Positions 13,200 through 27,759 are shown, counted from the stretch's first letter. The stretch is 64,000 bases of DNA from Takakia lepidozioides (GCA_030704615.1 CM060732.1:41974001-42038000), one strand, 5' to 3'. The notes: generated from the letters alone by a model not told the origin. A program made the numbers and translations.

Positions 13200-13660
13200 T
13201 TTCAAACTAGCACATAGTATATGGGTATCAATCAGTTTCACTGGCCACTCCAATCCACGATCTTTGTATCACTTTGCTAAGTTTAACCTTTTTGGTTTCT
13301 CTCCTATGTAAGGATCATTCCCCCATGAATGAGAAGACATGTGACGCACCCAACTTTCTATAAATTCATACAATTTTTTCTGATTTTTCTGTGCATAGGT
13401 TTTGTACAGTGGCTAACCTTCATGAAACAATCTAAATTTATCCCAATCTAAGTCTTATTCTTCCCCATCTTTTTTTATCCCCTTAAACAACCATCTTTTC
13501 ACCAAACTCTATCCTCTTCTCAAGACGCACTTTCTTCACATGAGTGGATGTCCACTTGAAATACTCATAATCTGCAAAATGTTGCTTCACCAAGATGTCT
13601 ACAGGGTTTTGTTCTAGAACTTGTCCATTGTCCCTTGTCCCAGAACTCGTCCCTTCCATG
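13200..13660 (-). pseudogene. Degenerate protein-coding remnant, probably TE-derived, family unrecognised
   Basis: MEGTSSGTRDNGQVLEQNPVDILVKQHFADYEYFKW... continues after a frameshift as WDKFRLFHEG*PLYKTYAQKNQKKLYEFIESWVRHM...; embedded among TE fragments. Confidence 0.3.
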
Positions 13661-15474
13661 AACGAAAAACTATAGAAGACAAAGATTCTCCGTCTAGATT
13701 TGGAGATGAAGCCTTTGCTAAAAGAGAATATGAGGAGCATCAGAACAACTATTACAACAATACAAGTAAGGATATAAGAGAAGAACCCATCATTGTAAGC
13801 ATAAAAGAGCTGAAGTTTCGAACTGCTCGTTGCCGCCAACAATCAGAAAGGTTCAAAAACACATATTCGAATTGCAAAGAGCGCTCACTCAAAGTCGAAA
13901 TATTATAGGGCCCACCCCTGAAAATGGGCAGTAGCCGCAAGGCGAAGTGGCTCTTAGTTACGCCGCCCACAGCGGAGTCTTCTCTCTCGCACGAAATAGA
14001 AGCCGCTGAAAGTCTGCACAATGACTAGTGGAAACCCTAAAAGTGTGTAATGTATGGCAAACTTGCGATATGATAAAAACCCAAAGTTGTCAAGATCACA
14101 TTCATCCATAGTCCTTTCATCTGTGCATGACCATGCAAGTGGGGTCAGTAAGACAGTCAATTGCGCACCTATTACCATACCATGCCTCGTCCAGCAAATG
14201 TAACCTATTGTAGGTCCACCCATGCCCAATATTCACCCCATAGGCTGCCTGTAAGGCTGACCAGTAATAGGGCGGTGGTTGGTTCTACCCTACCGGGAGT
14301 TTTCAGATTAGCCAGGCAACGAAGGGCCGAGGCTAACTCCTCTTCAGAGGAGACCCTGTTATGTAAGAGGAAAAGATCAATTTGCCAATGGATTATAAAT
14401 TTTAGTAAACTTCTATTGCATTTCAATCCCAAAACATATATTATCAATTTCTTGCTTGACTGAATCAGATCAAACTGAGTAGGTATTCATAAGACCACTT
14501 CAAAAGGGCGGCCGGCCTGCGTGAACTCTGCTACATGCACAGTGTCATAATATTCTTCAACTGCTAGTGTTGAGTCTGCAGAACAGATGGGGCCCGCGAG
14601 ACACCCGACATTATGTGCTCCGAGCCGACCCTGCTTTCAATTCTAGAGATCACGTACACACACCTAGCAGTTTCCAAGATGATACAGCGCAGGAAACAAG
14701 CTGACAAAAGCAGATTCAAACGGCCAGTTCGACTGGTAAGTGAATGGCTCTGCTTCCACCTACCACCGAAACCTGTGGGGGGGCATATCTGTCCATGAAG
14801 CTGGATTCAATCTTATTCAAGATGCTTTGTGAACAGAAGGTGAAAGAACAGATTTCTCCAGCTTGCTCTCAGGTGATTGCTATGGGGTAATGAGGGAGAC
14901 AGGCTGCTGGCACATCGTCGTTCTACTAGAAGCATTTTGAGGCTTGGCATTGTGCACAGCTTTGCCAAACTAAGCAAAAATCTGCAGCACCTCAGAATAA
15001 TCGACCAACTACTGTGAAACAGAGAATGACCATCCATGCCAGCAATCACACTCCACAAACCTCCTCAGGACGGCTGCCTGCATGTTTACAAGGCTTATAT
15101 TCACAGAGAAACCTGCATGGAAATCACATACAGTCTCTACTCCTACAAACCTAAATGTTTGTAGGTGTTTGAGGAGTATTTCACTCCAAAAATGTGCTAA
15201 AAGGACACTTGCGTCTATCTACAGTAGGCTCACAGCAGAACGGACATTGCTGCCAGAGTGGCACCAAGTGAGTGCAAACAGTACTGAGACAACAATCCCC
15301 TGGTTAGGAGACATGTTCCCTACAGTGACCAGATGTTACCCTTTTTCAGCATGAAGGCCCAAGAAGGGATCGACATTTGCCAATCTACTTATCCCAGCCA
15401 ACTAGGAAGCCAGAAACACAAAATTGAGTGCCAATTGTAAGGCCAAAGGAGTAACAGGAGGTTGTTCTGGATGA

Positions 15475-18400
15475 TCATGTCCTAGCTGGTCTAATAGCTT
15501 CGGGCTGCTTCTTTATCGATCCCGACTTCCACAGCTTTTTTCTCCACCCTACCTGCGAAGTTGGGGGCTCTGGCATGCTGCCAGGAGAATCATTGGGATC
15601 CGGAGCTACCTGAGCGATATGGTGGCCTAGTTCATCTGAAATGCCACCAAATTGCCAGGGGTTGAATTCCATTGACTGCATGGTGGGACTTTCCCCTGGT
15701 TTGTCGTGGAGACCATGCAGCTCTTTGTATTTGCCATTATACTCATACAGCTCATGTTCACCCCATGTTGACGGATTGATCTCCTCTTTCAATTTGAACC
15801 ACCGTGGAGTAAACTCCTCCCGTTTGGCATCTCTTTGCCTCTTCTCTGTCCTTTGTCGATCCTCCATCCTGCATGCCATAAGTGAAGATTTACAAACGTT
15901 GAACCACAGCAAATGGAACTTCAATGTCGATTGAAATCTGACTTCAACAATGTTATCTGCTCACAGCCTTGTCCAGCTTTCCTGAACATTAGTTTGATGC
16001 ATGTCCTCAAAATTCAAAACCCAGATAGTTACTTTGCCAGACTGTAGTCGCACACAGGCTCCAGCGGCTCTAGCAGCCATAGATCCAATACAGAAAGGTT
16101 GACACTGACAAACCTTGACTTCTCTGCTCCTGCCTTGCTGAGGTTAGCGAACTCGAGTGCATGGCGATCTGGCCGCAGGCGGGAGTCAGAAGTGAGGAGT
16201 CCTTTTGGGGCTGTCTCAAAGCTGTTTATCTTATGTGCAAAATGTGTGTACTGGAACCTGTCATTTGTTGGTGGCTCTGCTAACCTCCATACCTGCACCA
16301 AAAAGGAAATGAAATGTAATGGTACGTTATAACGGCCGTGTAAAGCTCAAAGAGCTTATCGGACAAAAGCGAAAAACAGGAAAGAAGAGACAAAACCACA
16401 GCCAAAAGCAGCCCAGGAGCAACTATTGCTCAAGGCATTGCCTACCAAAAAGGAAGAAACCAATTTCAGGAGTTATGTTTTAGACTTTGATTACAATTCG
16501 CAGAAAGCAAAGGCACAAACATTATGCAACTGAGGAACACATTGCTTTCAGCAAACCTTCAATGAGACGTATCAAAATGAAACGGGATAGTCAACTGGTG
16601 CAAAGTGGCTTGCTACCATGCACCTTCCCAGGTTGTGGATGTGAGGGTCTGTGGTGTCTTAACATTTTGTTTTGCCAGCATATCTTTCACTCACAAGTGC
16701 TTTGAGAGAGGTTCCTCTCTTTGTCAGGGAGATGTGCCTCTTTCTGGGCATGATTAGACTCGGAAGTTAAAAGAAGGGGGCATCTTTTTCAAAATGATGG
16801 AAGCTCAGAGACACCACCAGGTTGGCTGCTATTGTCTTTCGTCATTCAAAGTCCTTGTGGCTGGCCGAGTTTTCTTGGTCTGGGTATCACGGAGCATGTC
16901 GTCAAAACATCCATAATTCTCTTACGGTAATGTGAGGACAAGCCAATATGTATGGCCAATATACCTGGAATGGTTAGAAACAGGCAGGGTACACCATGCA
17001 GATGCACTTGGAGCTCCATGAGCTTAAATCTTGTCTGTACTGATCTGCTAGCTTTCTACTTCTGTAGTGAAAACCCCTCTCCCAAAAGCAAACACAGAGA
17101 AAAGATAGAGTCAGCAGACCTCTTTCAGGGCTGTGTTTGGAAGGGGTTTGCCCGCTGGAGTGCAAGCCTGATAGCTGATAGCAGTGCTCCAGTTGCCACT
17201 TACGATCAACTTTGGTTCATTCTTTGAATTGTACACATGACCATCAACATCGTGGCGCCCTGCCCTGCCAATCAAATGGCAAACTCCATTGTCTCAAATT
17301 TAAAATGAAAAAGTGAGGGTTTGGGAATGGCAGCACCTCTTCTGAGTGGCTTAAATTATTCTCTGCGTAAGCGCTGCAAATATTGTTTGACAAATAGAGA
17401 GATGGCGAATGGGAAAGCTTTATTCCAAGCTCCTTTTCTCTGCAATTGCTAAGTATGTCCTCGGTCCCGGTTGCATCTGCCAGCCTCTTGTCACAAGATA
17501 GTAACAAGAATTTCACAAGCTCAACCGCAGGCAGTGAGCATAGAATCAGTCAAGTAGCTGCCAATACATCCTTTTCCTTTAGTTTTGGTGTTCACTTTCC
17601 CGACATATCACAAGACCTCCTCCTATGAATGCACTCTACACACCGCATAAAAATGGAGACCAAAAAGACTACGATAGAGGGGGAAACCCACCCAAACCAG
17701 CCGCAAGCTTGGAAATGAATCACAGCTCTGTCACCAGTGGTAAGGTTAGTCATAGTCAAATCACCAACAGTGTCCGTCCAGGTACGACCAAATATAAGGT
17801 TATGCACTTTGGTTATTGGTGAAGCTAAGTCAAGAACCTCCCCTGACTTCTTCAGCCTAACTCTAAACCTGCCAACCCAAATAACCACACATTAGAATGA
17901 AATCCCAAGCTCTTTGCATGCATGAAGATTACATGTAATACTCACCATTGATTTTCTGAAGGTGATAAAGCATGACCCAAGAGGTCTGAGAGGTTTAACA
18001 GGTCAAAGTACAGCTTCCACTGTATCTATAGACCTGTCATACCACATGTTGAAGGAAATGCAAATGTCCATGGTACCAAGATTTGAGAAAAACTGTGGTT
18101 CTTGACGCCTGTCTTTGAGAGATTCTGCTCAGCAATTGTTGGAGGTTGGGCTGCAGAGGACCATGGGGAGCCTACCTCTATTGGTAAGGGCTCATCAAAT
18201 TCAAAAGGGGAGTTTAATAAATTTATTGCTTGAGAGATTATTTTCCAGCTGTAATACACCACAGCATCTCCAGCAACCACAAGTTGTCACCTCCAACATG
18301 GAACAGTATATAAAATCGTACCTTCTGCTGTAATACCCATCAGATGGAAAACAAAGATATATAACAGATTTCACAGTTAATCTCCGAGTGCAAGAATGTA

Positions 18401-21400
18401 CCTTCCGACAGGGTAGACTTTCAGTGAATTGCCCAGAAACTTGGTTCTCACTTTAGAGGTGCAATCATAGGCCCAGTGTGTATTCTCTGAGTGGGCGGCA
18501 CACATAGGTGGGTGGTGGCTAACCTGCCATCAGCACGTTTGCAGGAGTTACGTGCAACATGACATTGGCCTATTCGAGGCACTTGACCATTTCAAAACAT
18601 GGAGCTAAGCTGCTCTCACCAGTCTCTTGACCTTTCAGAATTCGTTAGCATTCACCTTCATGTGTAGTTCTAGAGGTGAACAAACCTAGTCAAAGAACCT
18701 ACTACAACCTTACGCTCTTTCTTCACTTCCCATATCGACAACCACATTGAGACCTCCACTTGACATAAGTAGGTTTGGAAAATGCGAAGACTTCAAAAAT
18801 TGACTTGACCATCTTTCTCTTCCCTACTGCCTGGGGTAAATCTACATCCCACCTACGTCCATCATAGATTTCAGCTGTTACAGTTGAAAACTTACAAGAG
18901 CCTGGCTAATTTTTAATGACTTGCTGGGCTCCATCCCAGCTCTTGCATCAATACAGCATTGATGCATAGTTCATTGTGTCCTTTGGACCTGCTGCTCTTA
19001 CTACCTTTCCATCTGTGGAGCTGAATGAATTTGTTCAATATCTTCCCAACCACAAGAGAATCTGACCTGCTCCGCAAGGAACATCGTGCCATCAGGTCCT
19101 GCCAACTCATATGTCTCTCCAAGAATGGGATTGAATGGCTTCCATGTACGTGAGTACGCATGGAACGATGATAGGGCCCATGTTGCTGCCACACCCATCC
19201 GCCACACGAAGCACCATCAGCCAGGTTTGCTACACATAGTTCAAACCAACAATTCCCTCATGCAACATCACCTTCAATGCAAGTGATGTTTTTATACTTT
19301 CCATGGGCTTGCCCAGCAGTGGCACACCAAATATTGAACAGTTGCATACCTAAAGTAGGGCCGAGACCTGTATGAACATGGTTGCATAAGAGGAAGACAA
19401 GACTTGTACAAGATACCATAAACATCACTCCACGCAACCGACTGATTACTGCCCACATGAAGTAGGATCGCCACTGAGAATTTCCATACATTAGCAGGAA
19501 TAACAATCCCCTGAACTACATCTAGATTATCTCTTCTTGAAATAATGCAATTACTGCCATCTCCGTAGTTCGGTACAGTAACTGACTTGAAGGCTGATAA
19601 AATATCTGCCTAGTACTTACTTGCATAAACAAGCTTCACATATGGGTCTTCACAATCATCAGCTAGATCCAACAAGTATGCATACTCCAACACCTGCAGC
19701 AAATGCAAACTGTATGTGACCAGCCATCCCCACAATATTGACATAATTCAGCTCTTTACTTTAATTCTTCGCTGAATTTCCTGTTCAGACCTGGGCAGTT
19801 CCTTTCTCGGCATCTTTCCCATGAACTATTCCCACAAGCTTAAAGTTTACAGACATGTAAGACCAAAGATCAACCTACCAGGTGACCAGAATCACAACAA
19901 ACAGTTTCCAGCATACCTTACTATTGCACCTTCCTTCTTGGGCCTATGTTGTCAATCTACTGCATTACAAGACTCAGCAATGTTTCATCAAGCTCAAAAA
20001 GAAATTTCAAGCTGAGGCTCAAGCTTTGTTCTGCAGATAATTTGGTAATGGGGACCAACCTCAGCCAGCTTCTGAAGCATTGTCATTGGCTCAAAAATAA
20101 AGACTGGGAGGGTCACTAACGATGTGATATCAGATCCAACGTACCGATGCATCATTTTCCAGTAACTTTCCTTGTCCTGTGCCATCCCCACATCCCCTGA
20201 CCTTAGTAGGCCTTTGAAATGAAAATTAGCCTGCTATTTCCGGTAACGCGATCCAGGTTCACTCTTAGGAAAAAGCAGTTACGCTTCCCTTTCCTTGGAT
20301 AAAGCCCAGACTGAAATTTTTTCCAGTGAATGTATAACCTGTACTAGTGAATTCTGATCTGACGGTCTGTCTGAGCTCTCATCCAGCATTGCGTCAATGC
20401 CACCATAAAGGGAAGTAATTCTTCCAGAAGGATCTTTCATTAGACTGTGCTGCAAATCCTTAGCAGCTTGCTACAGCTTCATAGAACAGCATGCAGAGAG
20501 AAGCTGACCTCACAATTCCACCTGCCTCGAGTGGCTTCCACTTCTCCATCCTCTTGACCACCATCAGGGCTCACCACTACCAAACCCTCATGGCCAAGTA
20601 TGCTGCATGTAACAAAACTAGTGAATGTCAATGTATCCCAAGTTTCAAGTGGTAAATAGTACCACTATTTCGACACTGTTTTTAACACATTCTGCATAAC
20701 CCTGATCGTTGATGGCAGACTGGATTGTAATGAACGCAATTAGGTTCTCGACTCAGCAAGACTCGACAAACTCTTTGAAGGGATCGGGTGTTGAGACAGT
20801 AACTTTTCCAGGAACTGCATGAGCTGGTCTCAGAGTAACCAAGATAAAGGGAGCTGTTGGGTTTGCCAGTCAAAGCACAGTGACTGACAGCGAAGTCTTG
20901 ATCCGCATTTACTCTCTATAGCAAAGTGATAGCGGAATGAAATGTTAAGAGGCAGCCCATTCGTAACTACTGCATGCGGACATTCCTATGACAATTACCA
21001 CGAGTGTCTGATGACTCCTGTGGAAAAGCTTCCTAAAAGAAGAATCAGAGAAAGAAGAATTTAACGTCCAGCAATTTGTAGAAAAAGAAATTGAAGGTCA
21101 AAAGGAGCACACATCTGAAATTTAGGATTCCAACCATGCTAACCAAAACACAATAAAAATATGGAGACCTTAATGTCAGGTGCAACAACAGCAGAAAGAA
21201 GCTGAGTTGACGCTTCATATTCGAAATGTTTCTTCCAGCAGAAAGAAGAAATGCTAGTCCCTAATGCAGAAGAAAGTAGAAATACATATCAATGTGAGAG
21301 CCTAGTAAACTCTGAACTCACATTTGAAAGGAAACTAAAGTAGGAAGAGGAGCTCTCAGCATATTAATTTTCGTTTGTCAAACTGGGAAGAGTCTATCTT

Positions 21401-21741
21401 CTCAATTTGACTTAAAAATATTTGCATCTCTAGCATAATTCTGTGACGATACAGTGCCAAGACATGAGTTGATGATCTCAGATCCAAAGGACATACATGT
21501 CGACACATACCCTGACTACAAACTAGCCACTCAGCTGCCCGGTTCAAGGAAGGTGGACGTAAGAGTTTTATTGTGAATATTGGTTATGGTCACAGAAAGC
21601 AACACAGAAGAAAGAGAGAGAAGGAGGTGGTAAGACGAAGAACCTGTGAACTCCCTTGTGCACCGCACTAGAAAAGTGGAAAATACCCGTGGTTATCGTG
21701 GACACTATACCCCGGCCTTGCTTCTTTCCTCGATTACTCAT
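15475..21741 (-). CDS. ORP3: Oxysterol-binding protein-related protein, ORP3 subfamily (505 aa)
   Basis: Exons: 21741-21644, 20602-20509, 20176-20060, 19693-19621, 19185-19067, 18523-18402, 17868-17692, 17264-17120, 16292-16114, 15868-15475 (1518 nt, in frame). OSBP signatures [12 protein letters not shown] and EQVSHHPP, plus [36 protein letters not shown]. Confidence 0.95.
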
Positions 21742-23538
21742 GGCTACCTTTACGAGTAATCCGCGAGTGTGTCTCTACCCGGTATCCCGTCTTCAGATTC
21801 CGCTCAACCTCCTGCTTCTTGATGCAGTGGACTTACAAGTTCGTAGCTCATATTTTGGTTCATCCAGTTTCTAGCTGCATGCTCCAGTCTTCTGCAAGGG
21901 AGATACAATCTAGAAGATAACGGTGCCTTCTTCGTGTCACTAGGAGAGTTGCAAGTCGTTCATGCGTCCGAGGTGATAAAACTCATCACTTCATAAACAT
22001 TTTGTGTACCTTACGCCTTCAAAGTAGTGAAGACATGGATGCTTACGAATGTAGGTGAAAGGCTTCCTGTGGCTTTCCATGCATTTAAAGAGAGAAACTA
22101 CTAGTTATACCTACTTCGAACTTGCCAGGAACCACGCACTGATACCTGTACACATCTGCAAAATCTGACATCTACAGGACCACTGAATCAGTGATACGAG
22201 GCCTCGTAGGAATCAGTCCAGCTGCTTTTGATAATTTGTTGATACGCTGCTCGACTTGCTCGTAGCCAACTCGCTTTCTCACAGCTCTACAAGATGTCCG
22301 AGGAATTGTCGAGCTACCAGCAAGGTTGTCGTGATGGGACTACCTCAGGCAGGACTATCTCAGGAACCCGTCGTGTCCCTCATAAAGTTCCTTGGAATGA
22401 TACTTCACCGCCCGAGACAGCTGACACAACCAGCAAACCACCGAAGTCAGCCAAGCATCAGGGCAACGAGCAGAGCTCACTCTAACAAACATGCAGCTCA
22501 CATGCAATCTTTATCCTAAAGAAGGCGACAAAAGACGCACAGAGATAACGAGACACACAGCTCTTCGTTGCAGGAGACAGCAGATAGGTCACTGATGAGG
22601 AGGCGCACAATTGATGGAAAAGGCAAGGGAGAGCTGCATTGTGAGGCCTCCGACCGTACCATCTTGAATGCTCCCCATCCAAAGTTCAGACAGACGATAA
22701 AGCTGCAATAAGAGATAAATGGAGTTGTTGAGAAGGCATCGGAGCATATGATCCACCTAAGAAGCGAATGACAACGTCAGAGAGAGTACAACTTTCCTTC
22801 CCCCAGCGTAACGGGTTTCTCCTCAACAAACAAGTAGCTAGGGACGCTTGTCTGGGAACGGTCGAAATTGGCTTTCCGAAATTAGGGTTTAGCTGCTGCA
22901 AAAAGGTGGTGGCATATTTCGAAGTTGGGATGAAGCTGGGCCTCTGCGTGCAAAGCGTGCAACTGTTGCTTCTGGGTCTTACCCTAATCCTTTTTCTTGT
23001 CTTTAGCGCAGCTAAGGTTTTTATGCAAGTTATTATAAAGATAAAGTTTGCCTACTAGGAATGAAGGCACAGGCTGAAGGATTGATTTGAACCCAAAATC
23101 AGCCTGTTTATGCACAGACATATCACATGTCCTTGGGCTGCCTGCTCAAGTGCATAAAATGAAAGTAGCATGTATAATGAGATATAACATAGTAACCAAT
23201 GTATCAGTTTGGCAGTAGGTAGGTAATTACGCCGGTTACAGCCATATACATATGAGCTGCGGAGGTGAAACATCCATAACTGGTCCAATTAGGAACTTGT
23301 GGAGGCTGGGCATCTAAATAACCGGCCCACTTGAAAGAAACTCGCCAATACCCACTGGTTATTTGACGAAAAAGTGTCAGCTGTAATGCATGTAATAGCG
23401 GTTATCTCTAGCCATAAAGCACTTTGCATTTTTTCTCTTTAATGCACTGGGCAGCGTGGCTGGTGCATTACACTCGGGTGTAATGCCCGCAGCACCTTTT
23501 TGTTTTTGTTGCACGTGCTTTATGCAGTGTAATGGAGG

Positions 23539-23622
23539 GCATTCCCGGATTATGGGGCCTTCCCTGGAGCTACCACCCTGGCATTCCCGGATTATGGGGC
23601 CTTCCTTGGAGCTACCACCCTG
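23539..23622. repeat. 42-bp tandem duplication (2 copies)
   Basis: GCATTCCCGGATTATGGGGCCTTCC(C/T)TGGAGCTACCACCCTG x2. Confidence 0.95.
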
Positions 23623-24282
23623 GCCCAGCCCAGTGCCCTCAAATCCGGGAATGCCCTCTACTCAAGGCATTACACTATACATAAAATATTGTACTAACCA
23701 CAACTAGAGGTTATTAGTTTATTGGCTGAGGCTCTTGTCGACAAAGAGGACGCATCATGTTGAAATCAATGGAGAAAATGCGGTCAAAGGAGCGTACACT
23801 GGTTGGTGTGTTGTGTTGAGTCATGCACCTCCTCTTGTGTTTTGCCAAAGCAAGAGAACAAGCTGCTTGTTTGAAGTAACGAATAAAAATCATAGATTTA
23901 GGGCCACTTTGGGGTACTAGGGCTGTCCAAGATTTCATTGAGCCAAGATGTGTTTAGCTCCTTCTTTGGCCAATGAACCTGAAAATAATATAATGTATAG
24001 GTCCCTAAGTGTAACCGACCGGCCAACCTAACCCGCCAAAACCTTTAAAAACATTTGTGGTGTTGCCTTGTTTTCAACTACAGATAGGCCTGGGAAGAGC
24101 CAGTCTGCAGGGCAGAAGAGAAGTTGTTAGCCCTGGAGCGGTTTGGTGAGGGGTTGTGATCCCGTAGGCTAGGGACTTATTATACCCACCTTTTGGGCAA
24201 AGGGTGGGATGCACAACTTATATGCTATGCCGCTGCCATGCTAGATCAATTGCGCCGCAGTCCATCATTGCTTGTGTTTTAG

Positions 24283-25430
24283 GTGTTTTTGGGTCAATTT
24301 GGTGGTCACAGCTCCTCCACAGTGGTCATGGCTCCATTAAAAGTACCTTCCAATTTCAAGTATCGCTATTTTTTTTTTCCTGATCGTGTCCTTATTGATG
24401 CTTCTGTCCATACATGTGAGGGATCAACCAGCATTGTAGTCTCAAATCCAATGTTGACATTAACAGAACCTGAGTGCATTGAGTTAGATCTAGTTGCTGC
24501 TAGTGCACCACATAGTTGTCCAAAAAGAGGACGATTCAACGATACGAGCTAAACAGACATTTCCAAGACACTTGGGCTGCAAATTGCCATGGGCAGAGTA
24601 TGTAGTTGAAACATATGGCAGGATCCACCAAATAAAATGTAAGGTCTGTTCTGCAATTGAGGAGAGGGACAAATTGTTGGTTCCAAAGTTGGACTTTTTA
24701 TCGAAACACTGTGGTCAGCGCAAGGCACTTAAAAACATGGATGGTGTGAAGGCAGGAGAGTAAAATTTCCTTAAGACTAATCTTCATGCCCATATAGAGA
24801 GGTTGTATGCATTTGTGGGTAGAGATAGTGTTGTGGAACAAGTCATGATTGCTTCCACTAATGTGGAAGACAGGAAGAAGAAGTGGGTCCAGTTTGCTCT
24901 CATATTTCATCTTTTGCGCCGTGGTCGTCCAATGGTTGAGTATCAACACATGCAATCATTGTTTGCTTTCCTGTAGGTCCAAAACTACCCTGTCAAACAC
25001 TGGACAGATAATGATGGGTGGGAAATGGCTGATTCCATGGTGAAAATTGTTATGGCTGCAACTAAGAAGGCCTTCCAGACTGCCAAGTTTGTGTCTCTCT
25101 TTGGAGATGAAGTGACTACGATAGACAACCAGTGCTGGTTGAGTGTACATGGCTATGTGGTCAAGGATTGGAAGAGGGTGCATATTCTCCTGACCCTTGA
25201 GCGTGTACTGGTGGAGGCAGGCAATGCTGATACTTTAACTGATCAGATGATTTGGGGCGCATTGATTAACTATGGTGGGCTTACTCAATATGAGCTTGCA
25301 AAACGGCTCCTTTGCTTTGGAGCTGATGGAGTGTTTGTATTTCAAGGCATAGGGGCAGCTGAAGTCTGAGCATGCCCCTTATCTTTTGGGCATAGTACAC
25401 TGCATAGCGCATCGCACTAACTTTGTTGTA
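24283..25430 (+). pseudogene. Decayed hAT-superfamily (ZNF862-like) transposase
   Basis: LPWAEYV...IKCKVCS zinc-finger-like region, HWTDNDGWEMADSM, FVSLFGDEVTTIDNQCWLSVHGYVV, LLCFGADGVFVFQG and HCIAHRTN (CxxH) motifs, with stops and frameshifts. Confidence 0.8.
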
Positions 25431-25675
25431 AAAAATGTTCACTGGGTTATGTGATTTTATGTTTGGACGGGCTTAATGTTTGGGCTGCATCATGGGCTGG
25501 GTTTTGCATTGCTTGGGGATAGATACAAGCTAAGGTGACTAAAGATCGACATTTGTTGCCTCCCATTTTCTCCATTAAAGTCTACTTTAAATTATTGAAA
25601 AATAAGATGTCTGTGAGTGCTGCCATTGATCCATTGGAAAATAAGAACCCAAGTCCGATCCATAAAGGTGCTTAA

Positions 25676-26903
25676 CTCTTAAGTGTGAAAACTCATTTTC
25701 ACCCTCTCGTGGAAAAACATGACCCTGGCCCACAAAAAAAAATTTATCTATAGAATCTTTGTGTCCCTGTAAAACTGACCGTTGGAATTACTTCCCACCT
25801 ACCCCACCTCCTACCACAAAAAGTTTCACCAAAATCCAACTGCCAGATCTGAAGATTATGAAGTGTGGAGTGGGGACAAAAAAAAATCTCCACTAAGAAC
25901 TAGGTGCCAAAAAAGCAGTTTTTTGCTCGTATTTGGGCATTTTTAATTTTTTCTGTTTGAGAGTCTCAAGAATGTTGTTCCATACCTGATAACACACATT
26001 CTCATAAAATTTCAGTTTTTTCTGAAATGTTCTCAAGTGGGCTCCTTTGTAGTGACAAATTGGGGGGTCAAAATATGTCATTTTCTTTGGGCAGGCCAAA
26101 ATATCTCTTCATAAAATTATACAAACAACTTCAGCCGTTCAATTCCTAATCCCTCCGGTTGAAGTGTCATGAACATCCATATGAGATCCCAAAATTTTTG
26201 GGACCAATCGGTAACTGCCCTCACATCTTTAGGTTCCCTGCCCAAGACTTCAAATGGCACACGTATGTTATAGCCTGCAGGCCTAGGATATTTGGAGCCA
26301 TAGCCCAGAAGGGCACGGGGCTTGGGAGCTCCTTTGGCTTACCCGCCCCTGCTTTCATGGGGGGCCACTCCACTCTCAACCCTCTCAAACCCCGCCCTAG
26401 GTTTGGCCCACCCCTCGTGGCGTTTTTCTCGAGCCCCGAGCTCTGCCGCCATCGCGGCTGCACTCCCTCCAGCCCGCCTTGCATGGCGTTTGCCGGAGCT
26501 GCCATCGCCATCGATTCAGGCTAGGGCCCAGGCCTGGGAATGCCCAGACCTCCGTCGGGCTCCATGCCCCCGCCGGGCAATCAAGGGGTTTGGGGGAGCG
26601 TGCCGCCCTAACCTTTATGGGGCATTTTTCAGTCACCCTAACCTGACCGCAGTTGCCATGTCAGCAACTTGGGCAGGTTAGGGGGGCCAAATTGGCCTAA
26701 AAAAGCTGAGTGTGCCCCCTTCCAATTGGTCCAGACCCATACCCCTTCAGGCATTGACCAATTGGCCAATGCCATGTGAAGGGGGACCCGATTATCTGTC
26801 GATTGAGCCAAAAAAAAAAGGCCAATCGGCCTTAACCACAGGAAGTTATGGCTGGTTAAAGAAACCTAACCGACCCAAAACGGGTCGGTTTGACACTTAA
26901 GGG
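25676..26903. mobile_element. Non-autonomous TIR element (1228 bp) flanked by TTAA
   Basis: TTAA|CTCTTAAGTGTGAAA ... TTTGACACTTAAGGG|TTAA; TIRs match 13/15; no transposase recognised inside. Confidence 0.65.
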
Positions 26904-27759
26904 TTAAATGAACAGTGATTCACCCCATCCCCATCGTTCTTGTACATAATCCTATTAGTAAAAAAGTTGTTCAAACATGTTGTGAATGAAGTTACTTAGT
27001 CAAATCAATTTCCATTTCAGAAAATTAGTCATTCAATTATTTTACATGGTTGTTATTATTGAGCACAGTCCCAGAAAATTGCCCATGCGATATTCAAACG
27101 GAGCCAATATAGTTTGCATCCACCCTCGGGGAATGGTTATGGGATCTTGGGGCATGAAATTTTTGCTCACCGACAAATAGATTGTATGCACAGACGTAGG
27201 GTTGTCATGGACAAACAAACATACATTGTATAGCTTTGCATTTTGTAGCAGTTAGAAAAGGCAAATGGTTGGGAAATGCATAGGCGCTTGGTGGGCATAT
27301 TTTGGGTTATAAGACACGGGATCAATCGCGCAATAGGGTTCCACAATGTTACCCTTCAAAAAGTGGCCAGACTAGCTACCACTGCAGACACTATTAATTC
27401 CCTGAGTTAGCTCTCATTGTAAATTTCATGATTTCCTTCATCTCAGCTGTAATGTCACGCATCTCACTGTGGTAAACTCCCTTTTATGTCATAGTTACTT
27501 GCTTTGATGCGCACGTCTAACTCCTAAACTAGCCGCCGGGCCAACTCGGAACTTCGGCTGCTCATTGTGACATAACAGTCCCTCTTGCTCCCCCACACAA
27601 CCCTCGACCACTCGAGCTGAGTGGAAATTCCCTTTGGTTGTAGGCAGTCCAGAATAGCTCCTTACACTTTGGTCGCTTTCCGGCTCGCTTGCTTGCTCAT
27701 TAGCTTTTGGTCGCTGAACGGGCTTGCAACGTTCTCGGGATTACACTCCCTACATATAC

